Shown: positions 11,896 through 23,161 of the stretch, piece by piece | How positions within the stretch are numbered: the first letter of the stretch is position 1 | Layout: each line of letters begins with the position of its first letter | Assembly: GCA_015062205.1 (NCBI GenBank) | Contig: SUVB01000051.1 | Location: 25,816 to 89,815, forward strand | Origin: Desulfovibrio desulfuricans | Lineage (GTDB): Bacteria; Desulfobacterota; Desulfovibrionia; Desulfovibrionales; Desulfovibrionaceae | Length of the DNA stretch: 64,000 nucleotides | Direction: 5' to 3' | The notes under the pieces: generated by a model | Database searches by the model: none | What the model saw: the letters and a program-made list of their open reading frames with translations, nothing else | What the model was told of the DNA's origin: nothing | Translations under genes and position numbers: made by a program

Positions 11896-13431
11896 ATGCC
11901 CAGCAAGGTCATCATCATTGACTACGGCTCACAGGTCACCCAGCTCATCGCGCGCCGGGTGCGCGAGGCCGGGGTCTACTCCGAAATCCATTCCTGCGTC
12001 ACCACTGCCGGGCAGGTCCGGGCCATGCGGCCTGACGCCCTCATTCTTTCCGGCGGCCCGGCCAGTGTGGGCGAAAAGGACGCCCCTGCCCTTGACCCCG
12101 GTTTTCTTGAGCTGGGCGTGCCGGTACTGGGCATCTGCTACGGCATGCAGCTGCTGGCGCAGGAACTGGGCGGGCAGCTGGCCCGCTCGCTCACGCGTGA
12201 GTACGGCCCGGCGGAACTCACGCTCGCCGCGCCCTGTGCCCTCTGGGAGGGTGTGCAAGGCCCCTCGCGCGTGTGGATGAGCCACGGCGACAAGGTGCTT
12301 GCGCCGCCGCCGGGCTTTACGGTGACGGGCCGCACCCCCACGCTGGACGTGGCGGCCATGGCCGACGAACGCCGCAACATCTATGCCGTGCAGTTTCACC
12401 CGGAAGTGCACCACAGTGTGGACGGCGAACGCATCCTGCAGAATTTTCTGTTCAGGGTGGCGGGGCTTGCGCCGGACTGGAACATGGCCTCCTTTGTGGA
12501 ACGCGTGGTGCCGGAGCTGGCCACGCAGGCGGGCGACAGCCATGTGGTCTGCGCGCTCTCCGGCGGCATTGATTCCACGGTGGTGGCCGTGCTGCTGCAC
12601 AAGGCCATCGGCAAACGCCTGCACTGCATTTTTGTGGACAACGGCCTGCTGCGCATGGGCGAGGCCGAGGACGTGGCGACCTATCTGCGCAAGCACTTTG
12701 ACCTCAACCTCACGGTGGTGCAGGCGCAGGAGCGCTTTCTCTCCCTGCTCAGGGGCGTGGACGATCCGGAGAAAAAGCGCAAGATCATCGGCCGCACCTT
12801 CATTGAAATCTTTGACGAAGAGGCGAAAAAACTGCCCAGAGTGGACTTTCTGGCGCAGGGCACGCTCTACCCCGACGTCATCGAATCCGTCTCACACAAG
12901 GGCCCCAGCGCCGTCATCAAGAGTCACCACAACGTGGGCGGCCTGCCCGAAACCATGAAGCTCAAACTCATTGAACCCCTGCGCGAACTCTTCAAGGACG
13001 AGGTGCGCAAGGTGGCCGCCGAACTGGGCATGCCCGACTCCATCGTCTGGCGGCATCCCTTCCCCGGCCCCGGTCTGGCCATCCGCGTGCTGGGCGAGGT
13101 TACGGAAGAACGCCTGGGCATCCTGCGCCGGGCGGACAAAATCGTGCAGGAGGAACTGCGCGAATCCGGCTGGTATCGCAAGGTCTGGCAGGGCTTCGCC
13201 GTGCTGCTGCCGCTCCGTACCGTGGGCGTCATGGGCGACGGCCGCACCTACGAGCATGTTATCGCCCTGCGGGTGGTGGACAGCGTGGACGCCATGACGG
13301 CAGACTGGTCGCGCCTGCCGGCTGACCTGGTGGCGCGCATCTCCGGCCGCATCATCAATGAAGTCAAGGGCGTCAACCGCGTGGTCTACGACGTGTCCTC
13401 CAAACCGCCCAGCACCATCGAGTGGGAGTAG
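11896..13431 (+). CDS. guaA: Glutamine-hydrolyzing GMP synthase
   Basis: [46 protein letters not shown]. Confidence 0.98.
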   Translation: MPSKVIIIDYGSQVTQLIARRVREAGVYSEIHSCVTTAGQVRAMRPDALILSGGPASVGEKDAPALDPGFLELGVPVLGICYGMQLLAQELGGQLARSLTREYGPAELTLAAPCALWEGVQGPSRVWMSHGDKVLAPPPGFTVTGRTPTLDVAAMADERRNIYAVQFHPEVHHSVDGERILQNFLFRVAGLAPDWNMASFVERVVPELATQAGDSHVVCALSGGIDSTVVAVLLHKAIGKRLHCIFVDNGLLRMGEAEDVATYLRKHFDLNLTVVQAQERFLSLLRGVDDPEKKRKIIGRTFIEIFDEEAKKLPRVDFLAQGTLYPDVIESVSHKGPSAVIKSHHNVGGLPETMKLKLIEPLRELFKDEVRKVAAELGMPDSIVWRHPFPGPGLAIRVLGEVTEERLGILRRADKIVQEELRESGWYRKVWQGFAVLLPLRTVGVMGDGRTYEHVIALRVVDSVDAMTADWSRLPADLVARISGRIINEVKGVNRVVYDVSSKPPSTIEWE

Positions 13432-13435
13432 GGGC

Positions 13436-13930
13436 ATGTTCGGCATAGGCAGTACGGAACTGCTGGTCATCCTGGTGGTGGCCCTCATTGTGCTGGGCCC
13501 CAAGAGTCTGGCCAAGGTTTCGCGCACCCTCGGCAAAGCCATGGGTGAATTTCGCCGCGTCTCCACGGATTTTCAGCGCACGCTCAATGCCGAAGCCGCG
13601 GAGGATGACCGGCGTGAACGCCGAGAGGCCGCCGCCAGGGCTGCACAAGCGGCCAAGGAATCCAGGGCGGCCGCCCGGGGCGGGGCAGATGCGCCCCCCC
13701 TCGCGTCGGAGGCCGCTTCTGCCGACACCACGCCGGAAAGCGCTTTGCATGCGTACGACGCACAGGCCGCAGAGGAAACGCAGGCGCACCCCGTCGCGCC
13801 GCCCGCCGGAAGCCCGCTGGAGGCCGCGCTGGCCAAAACCCGCGCCGCTGCGGAAGCCGCCTCGGGGGCGAACCATGCGGCCATGTCCGCTGCGGCGTCC
13901 GGCACTCCTGACAAGGGCGACAAGGCATGA
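13436..13930 (+). CDS. tatB: Twin-arginine translocase subunit TatB
   Basis: MFGIGSTELLVILVVALIVLGPK; followed by tatC. Confidence 0.9.
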   Translation: MFGIGSTELLVILVVALIVLGPKSLAKVSRTLGKAMGEFRRVSTDFQRTLNAEAAEDDRRERREAAARAAQAAKESRAAARGGADAPPLASEAASADTTPESALHAYDAQAAEETQAHPVAPPAGSPLEAALAKTRAAAEAASGANHAAMSAAASGTPDKGDKA

Positions 13931-15066
13931 AGAACGACCTGCTGCATCCCGTCCGGCCGGACGCAACGCGCTCCGAGATCGATGCTGCGACGGCAGCCGC
14001 CGCAGCCGCGAGCGGGGACGATGCCGTGACGGCAGCCGCCGCGCCTGTTCTTCCCCCTGAAGACAGTACGGGCTTTCCGGAGGGTGCCGCCGCGCCCGAC
14101 GCGGGCAGCGCGGATACGGCAGCAGACAGCGCGCCCGGAACCGACGCAGCGAAGCCGCAGGAAGGCGGCGATCCCCCTCTCCCCCCCCCGGCGACGGCTG
14201 AAGACACCCCGGCCCGGAGCGAACCGCCCTCGCCGCCCGCCGCCCCAGGCGGCACGGCCCCGGCACAGGCCGACGCGGGCGACAGCGCCGACAACACCAT
14301 GAGCCTCATGGATCATCTGGCGGAGTTGCGCACGCGCCTCGTGCGTTGCTGCGTTGCCGTCATTGCGGGATTCTTCGTCTGCTGGGCCGTGGTGGACCCG
14401 CTCTACAACGCCCTGGTGGACCCGCTGCTGGCCGTGCTGCCCCCAGGTTCGCATGCGCAGTACACTACCCTGCCCGAAGGCTTTTTCACCCGCATGTACA
14501 TTGCCTTCATCGCGGGCGTGTTTCTGACGAGTCCCATCCTGTTCTACCAGATCTGGGCCTTCATCTCGCCCGGCCTGTATGAGGAGGAAAAACGCGGCAT
14601 TGTGCCCATCGCCTTCATGTCGGCCGTATTCTTCGCGGGGGGCGGCGCCTTCTGCTATTTCATCGTCTTCCCCTACGCCTTTGCCTTTTTTGTGAGCTTC
14701 GCCACCGAGAGCATCGTGGTCACGCCCAAGATCAGCGACTATCTCGATTTTGTGCTCAAGCTCATCCTTGCCTTCGGGCTGGTCTTTGAAATGCCGCTGT
14801 TCTCCTTTTTCCTGTCGCGCATGGGCGTGGTCACTGCCGCGCGCCTGCGCAGCTGGCGGCGTTACGCCGTGCTGCTCATTTTCATTGCGGCGGCCATTCT
14901 CACCCCGCCGGATGTCGTTTCGCAACTGCTCATGGCCTGCCCCATGCTCCTTCTCTATGAAGTGAGCATCCTGGTGGCCGCCGCTGCGGGCAAAAAACCC
15001 GGGCCGCGCGCCGCAGCAAAGGCCGCAGCGGCATCCGACACCGCCACCCCCCCGGAGGGAGCATGA
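13927..15066 (+). CDS. tatC: Twin-arginine translocase subunit TatC with long low-complexity N-terminus
   Basis: [45 protein letters not shown]. Confidence 0.95.
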   Translation: MKNDLLHPVRPDATRSEIDAATAAAAAASGDDAVTAAAAPVLPPEDSTGFPEGAAAPDAGSADTAADSAPGTDAAKPQEGGDPPLPPPATAEDTPARSEPPSPPAAPGGTAPAQADAGDSADNTMSLMDHLAELRTRLVRCCVAVIAGFFVCWAVVDPLYNALVDPLLAVLPPGSHAQYTTLPEGFFTRMYIAFIAGVFLTSPILFYQIWAFISPGLYEEEKRGIVPIAFMSAVFFAGGGAFCYFIVFPYAFAFFVSFATESIVVTPKISDYLDFVLKLILAFGLVFEMPLFSFFLSRMGVVTAARLRSWRRYAVLLIFIAAAILTPPDVVSQLLMACPMLLLYEVSILVAAAAGKKPGPRAAAKAAAASDTATPPEGA

Positions 15067-15662
15067 ACGACCCCGCCCCCCGCAGCGCGACGCGCCGACG
15101 CGCCAGCGCGGAAACCGACATACAGCTTGCGCTGACCCTGGACGGTCAGGGCCGGACCAACGTGAAAACCGGCTTCGGCATGCTGGACCACATGCTCACG
15201 CTGGCGGCCTTCTGGGCCGACATGGACCTGAGCCTGACCTGCGCGGGCGACCTGCAGGTGGACGCCCACCACACTGTCGAGGATGTGGGCCTGACGCTGG
15301 GCGCGGCACTGCTGGAGGCTCTGGGCGACCGCAAGGGCATCGCCCGCACAGGGTACGGCCGCGTGCCCATGGACGAGGCCCTGGCCGAAGTGACGGTTGA
15401 CCTCTCCGGCCGTTCCTGGCTGGAATGGCGCGGCGACGACCTGCTGCCGCCGCTGCTGGCCGGGGAGGAAAAGGACCTCTGGCGCGAATTTTACAAGGCC
15501 CTTGCCGGCGGGGCGCGCTGCAATCTGCATGTGGAGTTTCGTTACGGCAAGAACGGCCATCATCTGCTGGAATCGGCCGCCAAGGGGCTGGGCATTGCCC
15601 TGGCCCAGGCCGTACGCCGACACGGCACAACCATCCGAAGCACCAAGGGAGGACTGGATTGA
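15063..15662 (+). CDS. hisB: Imidazoleglycerol-phosphate dehydratase
   Basis: [33 protein letters not shown]. Confidence 0.95.
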   Translation: MNDPAPRSATRRRASAETDIQLALTLDGQGRTNVKTGFGMLDHMLTLAAFWADMDLSLTCAGDLQVDAHHTVEDVGLTLGAALLEALGDRKGIARTGYGRVPMDEALAEVTVDLSGRSWLEWRGDDLLPPLLAGEEKDLWREFYKALAGGARCNLHVEFRYGKNGHHLLESAAKGLGIALAQAVRRHGTTIRSTKGGLD

Positions 15663-16321
15663 TGCTCTCACGACTCCGCCTGTTGCTGCTGCCGGCGCTG
15701 ATTATCGCGCTCATAGCCTGCGCATGCAGCCGCCGCCCGCGCAGCACCGCCGACGTGCCGCGCACGGTTTCCCAAGCATATGTTGTTCATGTGGCCCCCT
15801 TTACCCAGCCCATCACCTCGGGGCAGCTCATCACCGGGCACATTCCCGAGCCGCAGGGCCGCATCGCCGAGGAACAGCTGCCCTCTCTGGACCAGCAGAT
15901 GCGCACCATCCTCTCCACAGAGACCAAAAGGCGCTACAAGTTCATCACCACCGTCGACCACCCCAAGGACCTCACGCGCTTCCACAGTTCCGGGCAGCCC
16001 CAGGCCCTGCCCCTGTGGCTGGCCTACGGCAAGAAACAGGGCGCGCAGCTGCTGCTGGTGCCGCAGGTGCTGGACTGGCACGAGCGCGAGGGCTCCGGGG
16101 CGGGCGTGACCAACCCGGCCCATGTGCGGGTGGAATTCTTCCTTCTCAACGTGGACAAGGGGCTCATCATGGGCCGTTCCGTCTTTGAGGAAAAGCAGCA
16201 GGGGCTAGTGGACAACCTGCTTAACGTGGGCTCGTTCATCCAGCGCCGCGGTCAGTGGGTGACAGCCGAACAATTGTGCGTGGACAGCATCCGCAAGGCC
16301 GCCAGGGATCTTGGTCTATGA
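15662..16321 (+). CDS. Hypothetical lipoprotein
   Basis: Signal peptide ending IACAC/CS (lipobox-like); translationally coupled to hisB and hisA. Confidence 0.7.
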   Translation: MLSRLRLLLLPALIIALIACACSRRPRSTADVPRTVSQAYVVHVAPFTQPITSGQLITGHIPEPQGRIAEEQLPSLDQQMRTILSTETKRRYKFITTVDHPKDLTRFHSSGQPQALPLWLAYGKKQGAQLLLVPQVLDWHEREGSGAGVTNPAHVRVEFFLLNVDKGLIMGRSVFEEKQQGLVDNLLNVGSFIQRRGQWVTAEQLCVDSIRKAARDLGL

Positions 16322-17052
16322 TTCTCTTCCCGGCTGTGGACATCCAGAACGGCAAGGCCGTGCGCCTCAGGCAGGGGCGCGCGCATGAGAGCACCGTCTT
16401 TGCCGAAGACCCGGTGGAAGTCGCCAAAAGCTGGCAGGCGCGCGGCGCGCGCCGCCTTCATGTGGTGGACCTGGACGGCGCATTTGACGGCGCGCCCAAA
16501 AGCCGCGACATCGTGCGCCGCATCTGCGCCGCCCTGTCCATTCCCGTACAGCTCGGCGGCGGCATCCGCGACATGGCCACGGCCCAGGCATACCTTGACG
16601 CCGGCGTCGCGCGCCTGATCATCGGCACGCTGGCGCTGGAGCAGCCGGACCTCTTCGCCGCATTCTGCCGGGCCTTTCCCGGCCGCATCGGCGTCTCGCT
16701 GGACGCCGAAGGCGGCAGGCTGAAAAGCCGGGGCTGGGTGGCGGACACGGGCCTGAGCGTGGACGACGCCCTCCCCCGTCTGCTCGACGACGGCGCGGCC
16801 TTTGTCATCTATACGGACATCGAGCGCGACGGCATGCAGAGCGGCGTCAATATGCCCGCGCTGGAACATCTGGCCACGCTCTCCACCGTACCCGTCATTG
16901 CGGCGGGCGGCGTGGCCACGCTGGCCGATGTGCAGAAGCTCTACCCGCTCACCCGCAGCACAAGGCTTGCGGGGGCCGTCAGCGGCCGCGCCCTGTACGA
17001 AGGCACGCTCAGCCTGGAAGAGGCCAACGCCTGGATCGACGCGCAGGGCTGA
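16318..17052 (+). CDS. hisA: ProFAR isomerase HisA
   Basis: [44 protein letters not shown]. Confidence 0.95.
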   Translation: MILFPAVDIQNGKAVRLRQGRAHESTVFAEDPVEVAKSWQARGARRLHVVDLDGAFDGAPKSRDIVRRICAALSIPVQLGGGIRDMATAQAYLDAGVARLIIGTLALEQPDLFAAFCRAFPGRIGVSLDAEGGRLKSRGWVADTGLSVDDALPRLLDDGAAFVIYTDIERDGMQSGVNMPALEHLATLSTVPVIAAGGVATLADVQKLYPLTRSTRLAGAVSGRALYEGTLSLEEANAWIDAQG

Positions 17053-17203
17053 CCGAACCCGTCCGTCAGGATGGTCTGCCCTCTGCTGCGGCAGCGAAGC
17101 AGGCCGCGAGCATTGCGGCACGCCGCCGCAGGAAGCGCCCCACATCCGGCAAAACGTAGCGGCTGCATGCTTCGCGTGTTTCCGAACAATGGAGAAACAG
17201 GTC

Positions 17204-17722
17204 ATGGGCACAACGCTTGAAAAGCTGCTGCAGCGCTGGCGCGCCCTCTTTCCGCGCCGGCGGGCCGTGAGTTGGCGCGGCAGTTGGCTGTACAACGGCT
17301 ACTGCGCGGACTGCCGCCTCTGCTGCGGCCCGCAGGAAGAAGCCGAGCCCTTTCCCATGAAGCTGTTGCCGCACCAGCTGCGGCCTGACCTGGCAAAGGA
17401 TTTCTACCTGCTGGACGCGGAAACCGCCTGTCTGGACCGCCGGGGCTGCCGCTCCTGCACGGAACGCGGCTGCCGCCTGCCGCGCGCGCAACGGCCTGCG
17501 GCCTGCGGGCTTTTTCCCTTTGTGCTCAATGCGGACGCGCTCCTGCTCTATCTGCGCTGCCCGGCCACCCTGTTCACTCCGCCGGCCCGCATGGAAGCCA
17601 TCGGCCGTGCGGCCGCGCAGTGGCTTTCAGGCTTCAGCCGCGAGGATCGCACGCGCATCGCTCTCAGCCTGCCCGCCGCCGTGCTGGCCGACCGCTACAT
17701 GGACCTGCATATACGCGTCTAG
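17204..17722 (+). CDS. YkgJ-like Cys-cluster (putative Fe-S/Zn-binding) protein
   Basis: CADCRLCC...CL...C..C...C....RP..C..FPF pattern; GGAG about 9 nt before ATG 17204 (alternative start 17189). Confidence 0.6.
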   Translation: MGTTLEKLLQRWRALFPRRRAVSWRGSWLYNGYCADCRLCCGPQEEAEPFPMKLLPHQLRPDLAKDFYLLDAETACLDRRGCRSCTERGCRLPRAQRPAACGLFPFVLNADALLLYLRCPATLFTPPARMEAIGRAAAQWLSGFSREDRTRIALSLPAAVLADRYMDLHIRV

Positions 17723-17749
17723 GACGCGGCGCGGCGCCGCACCCTGCGT

Positions 17750-19420
17750 TCACGCGCCGCCGAGGCGCTCCAGCATGGCGCGCACGCGCTGCGCGTAACC
17801 GTGTTCCGCGCGCAGACGTCCCCGCCAAGCGCGGCGCAGGTTCAGAACCTCGCGCGGACGCGCGCGCAGGCGCTCCAGCCGGGGCAGAAAATCCTCCGGC
17901 CCGCGCAGGGTCATGGGTTCCGTCAGTTCCCGGGGAAAGATGTCCAGCCCCTGCGTCGCGTCGCTGAGCAGCAGACCGCCGCAGGCCCAGACGTCAAAAT
18001 GGCGCTGGCTCAGGCTGCGGGGCAGCAAAAGACTCGTGACGTTGAGCACGGCCCCTGCCCCGGCATACAAGTCCGGCAGGGCCGTGTAGTAATCCACAGG
18101 GGGGAGCAGTTCCGCGCCGGGCAGGAGCGGCCCCCAGCCGTCATCACCCGCCACGCGCACGCCGCCGGGCTGCCCGGCTCCGGCGGCCAGCAGCCAGCGC
18201 ACGCGGTTGGCCCGGGCGCAGCGTTCCGCGCCGAGGCCCATGCGCCGCACGTCGTGCCCCGGCCAGAGCGCCCCGCCCAGCCGCTCCCGCCACCAGAAGA
18301 AGTGCGGCGCGTCTTCCGGTCCGGAACTGCCGCGCAACCGTTCCGCCGCCGCCGCTTCCAGCGCCGGCGGCACGCGCGCGGCGGCAAAGAAGCGATCCCT
18401 GTCGGGAAAGGCGGAGCGCCCCACAAACAACGGCGGCCCTTCAGGCTCCCGCAGGTCGGCGTCCGCCCGCCACATGTGCGGGGCCACGGCCAGCGGCAGG
18501 GCATGCACATGCCGCGCCCCCTCCGCCCGCAGTGACGGCACGAAGCCCGCGTCCGTCACGAAAAGATGCGCCTCGCGCCACCAGGGCAGACGCAGGCCCG
18601 CCAGCACATGCCAAGGATTGTCCACAAACCATACGGCCACCGGCACGCCCAGCTCCCGGCAGAGGTGGAAAACGCGCCCTTCCGCATCCAGCCCGCGCAG
18701 ATTGACCGAAAGCAGCCAGGCCGGACGCCCCTGCGACAGAAGCCGCCGCCAGTTCCGGACAAAGTCCGCCTCCCCGGCGGCGGAGCCGCCCCGCACGCCT
18801 TCCCCCAGCGGCGACGGCACACGTTCCAGAATGGGGCCGAAGCCGCAGCATGCCAGCGCCGCGCGCAATTCCTGATGCAGGAGCTGCGCGTCTGTGCCGG
18901 GAAGCAGCACGGCGCGCCGCGCCATCCCGTGAGCCGGCGCAGTCCTGCCCGCGCCGCGCCCCGCTCCGCAGGCAGCCGCGTCCAGCCGTCCCAGCAGCGG
19001 TCCCCAAAAGGCCGGGTCCAGCCGCAGGCCCGCCCGGTAGAAGAAACGGCGGCAGGAAGACGCCAGCCGCACGGCCTCGTCGGGCGACACCTCCCGCCAG
19101 TGCCGGGGCGGCTTGCCCGTCTGCGCGGCAGCGCCCCCGTCGTCCGCGTGTTCCCCTGCGGGCTGCGCCGCCAGCGCCGCGCGCGTTGCGGGGGAATCCA
19201 GCCAGTACACGGCGCGCATGCCCGCAAGGAAAGGCAGTTCCCACGGACGGCCCGGTCCCAGCCCCAGCAGCAGGGCGGCCTCCCCCGCGCCCTCGGCGCT
19301 CCAGGCCTCCGGGCCGTCGGCAAGACTGCACGGACGGCCGGAAAAATCGGGCAGGCTGACACGGTGCGGACGCCGGAGGGCATGCTCCGGAACACGGCGC
19401 GGCGAGGCGGATTCCTTCAT
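17750..19420 (-). CDS. CgeB/DUF3880-like glycosyltransferase family protein
   Basis: [53 protein letters not shown] motifs. Confidence 0.75.
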   Translation of the reverse strand: MKESASPRRVPEHALRRPHRVSLPDFSGRPCSLADGPEAWSAEGAGEAALLLGLGPGRPWELPFLAGMRAVYWLDSPATRAALAAQPAGEHADDGGAAAQTGKPPRHWREVSPDEAVRLASSCRRFFYRAGLRLDPAFWGPLLGRLDAAACGAGRGAGRTAPAHGMARRAVLLPGTDAQLLHQELRAALACCGFGPILERVPSPLGEGVRGGSAAGEADFVRNWRRLLSQGRPAWLLSVNLRGLDAEGRVFHLCRELGVPVAVWFVDNPWHVLAGLRLPWWREAHLFVTDAGFVPSLRAEGARHVHALPLAVAPHMWRADADLREPEGPPLFVGRSAFPDRDRFFAAARVPPALEAAAAERLRGSSGPEDAPHFFWWRERLGGALWPGHDVRRMGLGAERCARANRVRWLLAAGAGQPGGVRVAGDDGWGPLLPGAELLPPVDYYTALPDLYAGAGAVLNVTSLLLPRSLSQRHFDVWACGGLLLSDATQGLDIFPRELTEPMTLRGPEDFLPRLERLRARPREVLNLRRAWRGRLRAEHGYAQRVRAMLERLGGA

Positions 19421-19551
19421 GGCTTCACCCTGCCGCTTTTGCTCCCTGCATGCAAGCCCGCGCGCCCGCCCCTCCGCCCCGCGACGAAAGCCCCGCATCG
19501 CCTCTTGGCGTGCGCCGCAAAAAAGCGTATGCTTGTTTGCTGGCAGGTTGC

Positions 19552-20208
19552 ATGAAGGAATATCGCGATCATTATTTTCTGAAGGCCAAGCGCGAGCATT
19601 ACCCCGCCCGCTCGGTCTACAAGCTCAAGGAGCTGGACGCCAGGTTCCGCCTGCTGCGCCCCGGGCAGCATGTGCTGGACCTTGGCGCGGCCCCCGGTTC
19701 ATGGTCGCTGGGCGCGGCGGAAAAGGTGGGCAAAAAGGGGCTGGTGCTGGCCTGCGACATTCAGGACACGGCAACGGTCTTCCCGCCGCAGGTCGTCTTC
19801 ATGCGCGAGGACGTGTTCAGCCGCTCGCCGGAGTTTGAGGCCAGGCTGGAGGAATTCGGCCCCTTCGATCTGGTCCTCAGCGACATGGCCCCCAGCACCA
19901 CGGGCACCAAGTTCACGGATCAGGCCCGTTCGCTGGAACTGACGCTGGAGGCCCTCGCCGTAGCCTGCCTGCACCTGAAGCAGGGAGGCGGCTTTGTGGT
20001 CAAAATCTTCATGGGGCCGGACATTCAGGAACTGCTGACGCCCATGCGCAAGGCCTTCACCTCGGTGCGTTCCTTCAAGCCCAAGAGTTCTCGGGCGGAA
20101 AGCAAGGAAACGTTCTTTGTGGGCCTCGGCTTCCGCGGCCGGGCGGCAGCGCCCGCAACGGATGCGGCGGCAGACGGACCTGTCCGCGACGCGCCGCCGG
20201 GCGTGTGA
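19552..20208 (+). CDS. rlmE: 23S rRNA Um2552 methyltransferase RlmE/FtsJ
   Basis: D.Y...AK...[37 protein letters not shown]. Confidence 0.95.
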   Translation: MKEYRDHYFLKAKREHYPARSVYKLKELDARFRLLRPGQHVLDLGAAPGSWSLGAAEKVGKKGLVLACDIQDTATVFPPQVVFMREDVFSRSPEFEARLEEFGPFDLVLSDMAPSTTGTKFTDQARSLELTLEALAVACLHLKQGGGFVVKIFMGPDIQELLTPMRKAFTSVRSFKPKSSRAESKETFFVGLGFRGRAAAPATDAAADGPVRDAPPGV

Positions 20209-20239
20209 TTTTTCTACTCTACAAAGGTTCGGAGGTTTT

Positions 20240-20977
20240 ATGTCAGGTCACAGCAAATGGGCCAACATCCAGCACCGCAAGGGACGCCAGGACGCCAAGC
20301 GCGGCAAGGTGTTCACCAAGGCCGCCAAGGAAATCATCATCGCCGCCAAGTCCGGCGGGGACCCCGCAGGCAATCCCCGTTTGCGGGCGGCCATCGCCGC
20401 AGCCAAGGCCGTCAATCTGCCCAAGGACAAGATTGAAGCCGCCATCCGCAAAGGCACCGGCGAAGACGCCGGCGGCGACCTGACCGAGACCTTCTACGAA
20501 GGCTACGGCCCCGGCGGCATCGCCATCATGGTGGAAGTGGCCACGGACAACAAGAACCGCACCGTGGCCGAAGTGCGTCACCTCTTCACCAAACACGGCG
20601 GCACCATGGGCGAGAACGGCAGCGTGGGCTGGATGTTCGACCGCAAGGGCGTCATCGCCGTGGAAAAGGCCGCCTACCCCGAAGACAAAATCATGGAAGC
20701 CGCGCTGGAAGCCGGGGCCGACGATGTGCTGGACGACGAGGACGTGTGGACCATCCATACGGCAATGGCCGATTTCACCGCCGTGCGCGACGCTCTCGAA
20801 GCCGCGGGCATCGTCATGCAGGGGGCGGAGTTGGCCATGGTGCCGCAGAATCTGGTGGCCATAGACGCCGAAATGGGCATGAAGGTGCTGCGCCTCATGG
20901 ACGCGCTGGACGACAATGACGATGTGCAGAACGTTTACGCCAACGCGGATTTCCCGGACGACATGCCGACGGAATAA
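20240..20977 (+). CDS. yebC: YebC/PmpR family protein
   Basis: [37 protein letters not shown]. Confidence 0.96.
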   Translation: MSGHSKWANIQHRKGRQDAKRGKVFTKAAKEIIIAAKSGGDPAGNPRLRAAIAAAKAVNLPKDKIEAAIRKGTGEDAGGDLTETFYEGYGPGGIAIMVEVATDNKNRTVAEVRHLFTKHGGTMGENGSVGWMFDRKGVIAVEKAAYPEDKIMEAALEAGADDVLDDEDVWTIHTAMADFTAVRDALEAAGIVMQGAELAMVPQNLVAIDAEMGMKVLRLMDALDDNDDVQNVYANADFPDDMPTE

Positions 20978-21117
20978 TCCCTTTGCGCTGCCGGGCGGCG
21001 GGATGTTGCATGCCTGCCGCCCGGCGGCACAGCCCTTCGCGGTTCTGCGCGGGCAGAACCGATGTTTTTGCAATGGCGCCCTCCCCTTCGCCCGAGGGCA
21101 ACAGCCAGGCGGTCTGC

Positions 21118-21933
21118 ATGCAGGCATGGAACATTGAATTTCGTAATCTCAGCGCAGGCTACGGCAGTCATGTGGTGCTGCGCGACATCAATGCCGTCAT
21201 TCCGGACGGCAAGATCACCGTCATTCTGGGCGGCTCCGGCTGCGGCAAGTCCACCCTGCTGCGGCACATCATCGGGCTTTCGCGCCCCCTGGCCGGTCAG
21301 GTGCTGCTGGGCGGTCAGGACCTCTTCGCCCTGCCGCCCGGGGAATTCCGCCGCATGCGCCGACGCATGGGCGTGCTTTTTCAGGACGGCGCGCTGCTGG
21401 GCGCGCTGACGCTGGCGCAGAACGTCACCCTGCCCCTGAGCGAGCATCTGCGCCTGCCCAAGGCCCTGCTGCGCGAGGCCGGGTTGCGGGTGCTGCGCAT
21501 GGTGGGGCTGGAGGATTTCGCAGATTTTTATCCCAACCAGCTTTCCGGCGGCATGCGCAAGCGCGCGGGGCTGGCGCGGGCCATCATCGCCGAGCCGCGC
21601 ATCCTGCTGTGCGACGAACCCACCTCGGGGCTGGACCCGGTCACTGCCGCCCGCATGGACGCCCTGCTGCTCTCCATGCGCCGCCGCTACGCGGACATGA
21701 CCATTGTTGTGGTCAGCCACGATCTGGCAAGCCTGCGCGTCATTGCCGAACATGTGCTGGTGCTGGGCGAGGGGCGCGCGCTCTTTTCCGGCTCTCCGGA
21801 GGCGCTGGAAGCCGACGATGATCCCTACCTGCGGCAATTCCTGCACCGCGAGGCCGGGGACGACGGGGCAACCCTGCGGGAAGCTGCCGACCCGGCCGTG
21901 ACGGCGGCGCTGGATCGCTGGCTGGCCTCATAG
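21118..21933 (+). CDS. mlaF: ABC transporter ATP-binding protein, MlaF/Mkl type
   Basis: GGSGCGKS Walker A, FQDGALL, LSGGMRKRAGLARA, CDEPTSGLDP; start may be 21073. Confidence 0.85.
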   Translation: MQAWNIEFRNLSAGYGSHVVLRDINAVIPDGKITVILGGSGCGKSTLLRHIIGLSRPLAGQVLLGGQDLFALPPGEFRRMRRRMGVLFQDGALLGALTLAQNVTLPLSEHLRLPKALLREAGLRVLRMVGLEDFADFYPNQLSGGMRKRAGLARAIIAEPRILLCDEPTSGLDPVTAARMDALLLSMRRRYADMTIVVVSHDLASLRVIAEHVLVLGEGRALFSGSPEALEADDDPYLRQFLHREAGDDGATLREAADPAVTAALDRWLAS

Positions 21934-21971
21934 CGTTGCCGAACATATGCCCGCATGCACGGCGGGCGGGC

Positions 21972-22000
21972 TTGAAACTTTGCCGTGGCGCATTTATACT
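21972..22000 (+). promoter_or_regulatory. Putative internal sigma70 promoter before mlaD
   Basis: TTGAAA-17 nt-TATACT in the mlaF-mlaD gap. Confidence 0.5.
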
Positions 22001-22061
22001 AGCACTCGTCTGCTGTGTCTGTACAACCTTTTCCTGTCTATCAGGGAGCAGCCATTCCCGT

Positions 22062-22514
22062 ATGAATACTGCACGTGAAACCGCCGTGGGCCTCTTTGTG
22101 CTGCTGGGGCTGGCCTGCGTGGCCTATATGGCCGTCAAGCTCGGCAAGATGGAAGTTTTCGGCGGGCAGGGCTTTGAGCTTTCCGCCGGTTTTGACTCCG
22201 TGTCCGGCCTGCGCGTGGGCGCGGATGTGGAGTTGGCCGGCGTGCCCGTTGGCCGCGTGATCAGCATCAGCCTTGACCCCGACCCCGTGCGCAATCAGGC
22301 CGTGGTGCGCCTGCGTCTGAACCGCGATCTGCAACTCTCGGATGACAGCATTGCCTCCATCCGCACCAGCGGCCTCATCGGCGACAAATTCGTCAGCCTT
22401 TCCCGGGGCGGTTCCGAGCGCCTGCTGCGCTCCGGCGACACCATCACGGAAACGGAACCCGCCGTTGATATCGGAACGCTCATCAGCAAATACGCCTTCG
22501 GAGGAGTCAAATAG
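22062..22514 (+). CDS. mlaD: MCE/MlaD lipid asymmetry maintenance protein
   Basis: ETAVGLFV TM, F..VSGL..GA.V..AGV.VG.V, SI.TSGLIGDKFV.L..G. Confidence 0.92.
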   Translation: MNTARETAVGLFVLLGLACVAYMAVKLGKMEVFGGQGFELSAGFDSVSGLRVGADVELAGVPVGRVISISLDPDPVRNQAVVRLRLNRDLQLSDDSIASIRTSGLIGDKFVSLSRGGSERLLRSGDTITETEPAVDIGTLISKYAFGGVK

Positions 22515-22516
22515 CC

Positions 22517-23161
22517 ATGTCCATTCCTCTGCTGACGCGTCGCGCCGCTGCAGGCCTGCTCTGCCTGCTCCTGGCGTCGGCGCTGCATGTCGCTGCGGCA
22601 AACGCCGCCTCGCCCGCCCGTCAGGCGCTGGAGACCTCCATCAACCGCGTGCTTGCGGCCATCAAGAACCCCGACTACGTCAACCCGGCCACGCGCGGTC
22701 CGCTGCGCCAGCAGATCGAGGACGAGGTCCTGCATATTTTCGACTTCAGGGAATTTTCCTCCCGCACGGTGGGCCCCCGCTGGAAAACCTTCAGCCCGGC
22801 CCAGCAGCAGCAGTTCAGCGACGCCTTCGCAGACCTGCTCATGACAACCTACCTGAGCAAGATTGACGGCTACAACGGCGAGCAGGTGCTGTACACGGGC
22901 GAAGTCACGGACGCCAAGGGCGACCGCGCTGAGGTGCGCACCGTCATCACCATGAAGGACGGCAAGAAAGTGCCCGTGGCCTACCGCATGCTGCCCAAGA
23001 ACGGCACATGGCTGGTCTATGACGTGCTTGTCGAAAACATCAGCCTTGTCAAAAATTATCGCACGCAGTTTCAGGACATGCTGAATTCCGGCAGCCCGGA
23101 TCAGCTCATCGCCAGAGTCAGGGAAAAGGCGCAAGAGGTGCGGCAGGGCCATGCCCAATAA
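22517..23161 (+). CDS. mlaC: MlaC/Ttg2D periplasmic lipid-binding protein
   Basis: Signal peptide; FDF, W.VYDV.VENISLVKNYRTQF. Confidence 0.88.
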   Translation: MSIPLLTRRAAAGLLCLLLASALHVAAANAASPARQALETSINRVLAAIKNPDYVNPATRGPLRQQIEDEVLHIFDFREFSSRTVGPRWKTFSPAQQQQFSDAFADLLMTTYLSKIDGYNGEQVLYTGEVTDAKGDRAEVRTVITMKDGKKVPVAYRMLPKNGTWLVYDVLVENISLVKNYRTQFQDMLNSGSPDQLIARVREKAQEVRQGHAQ

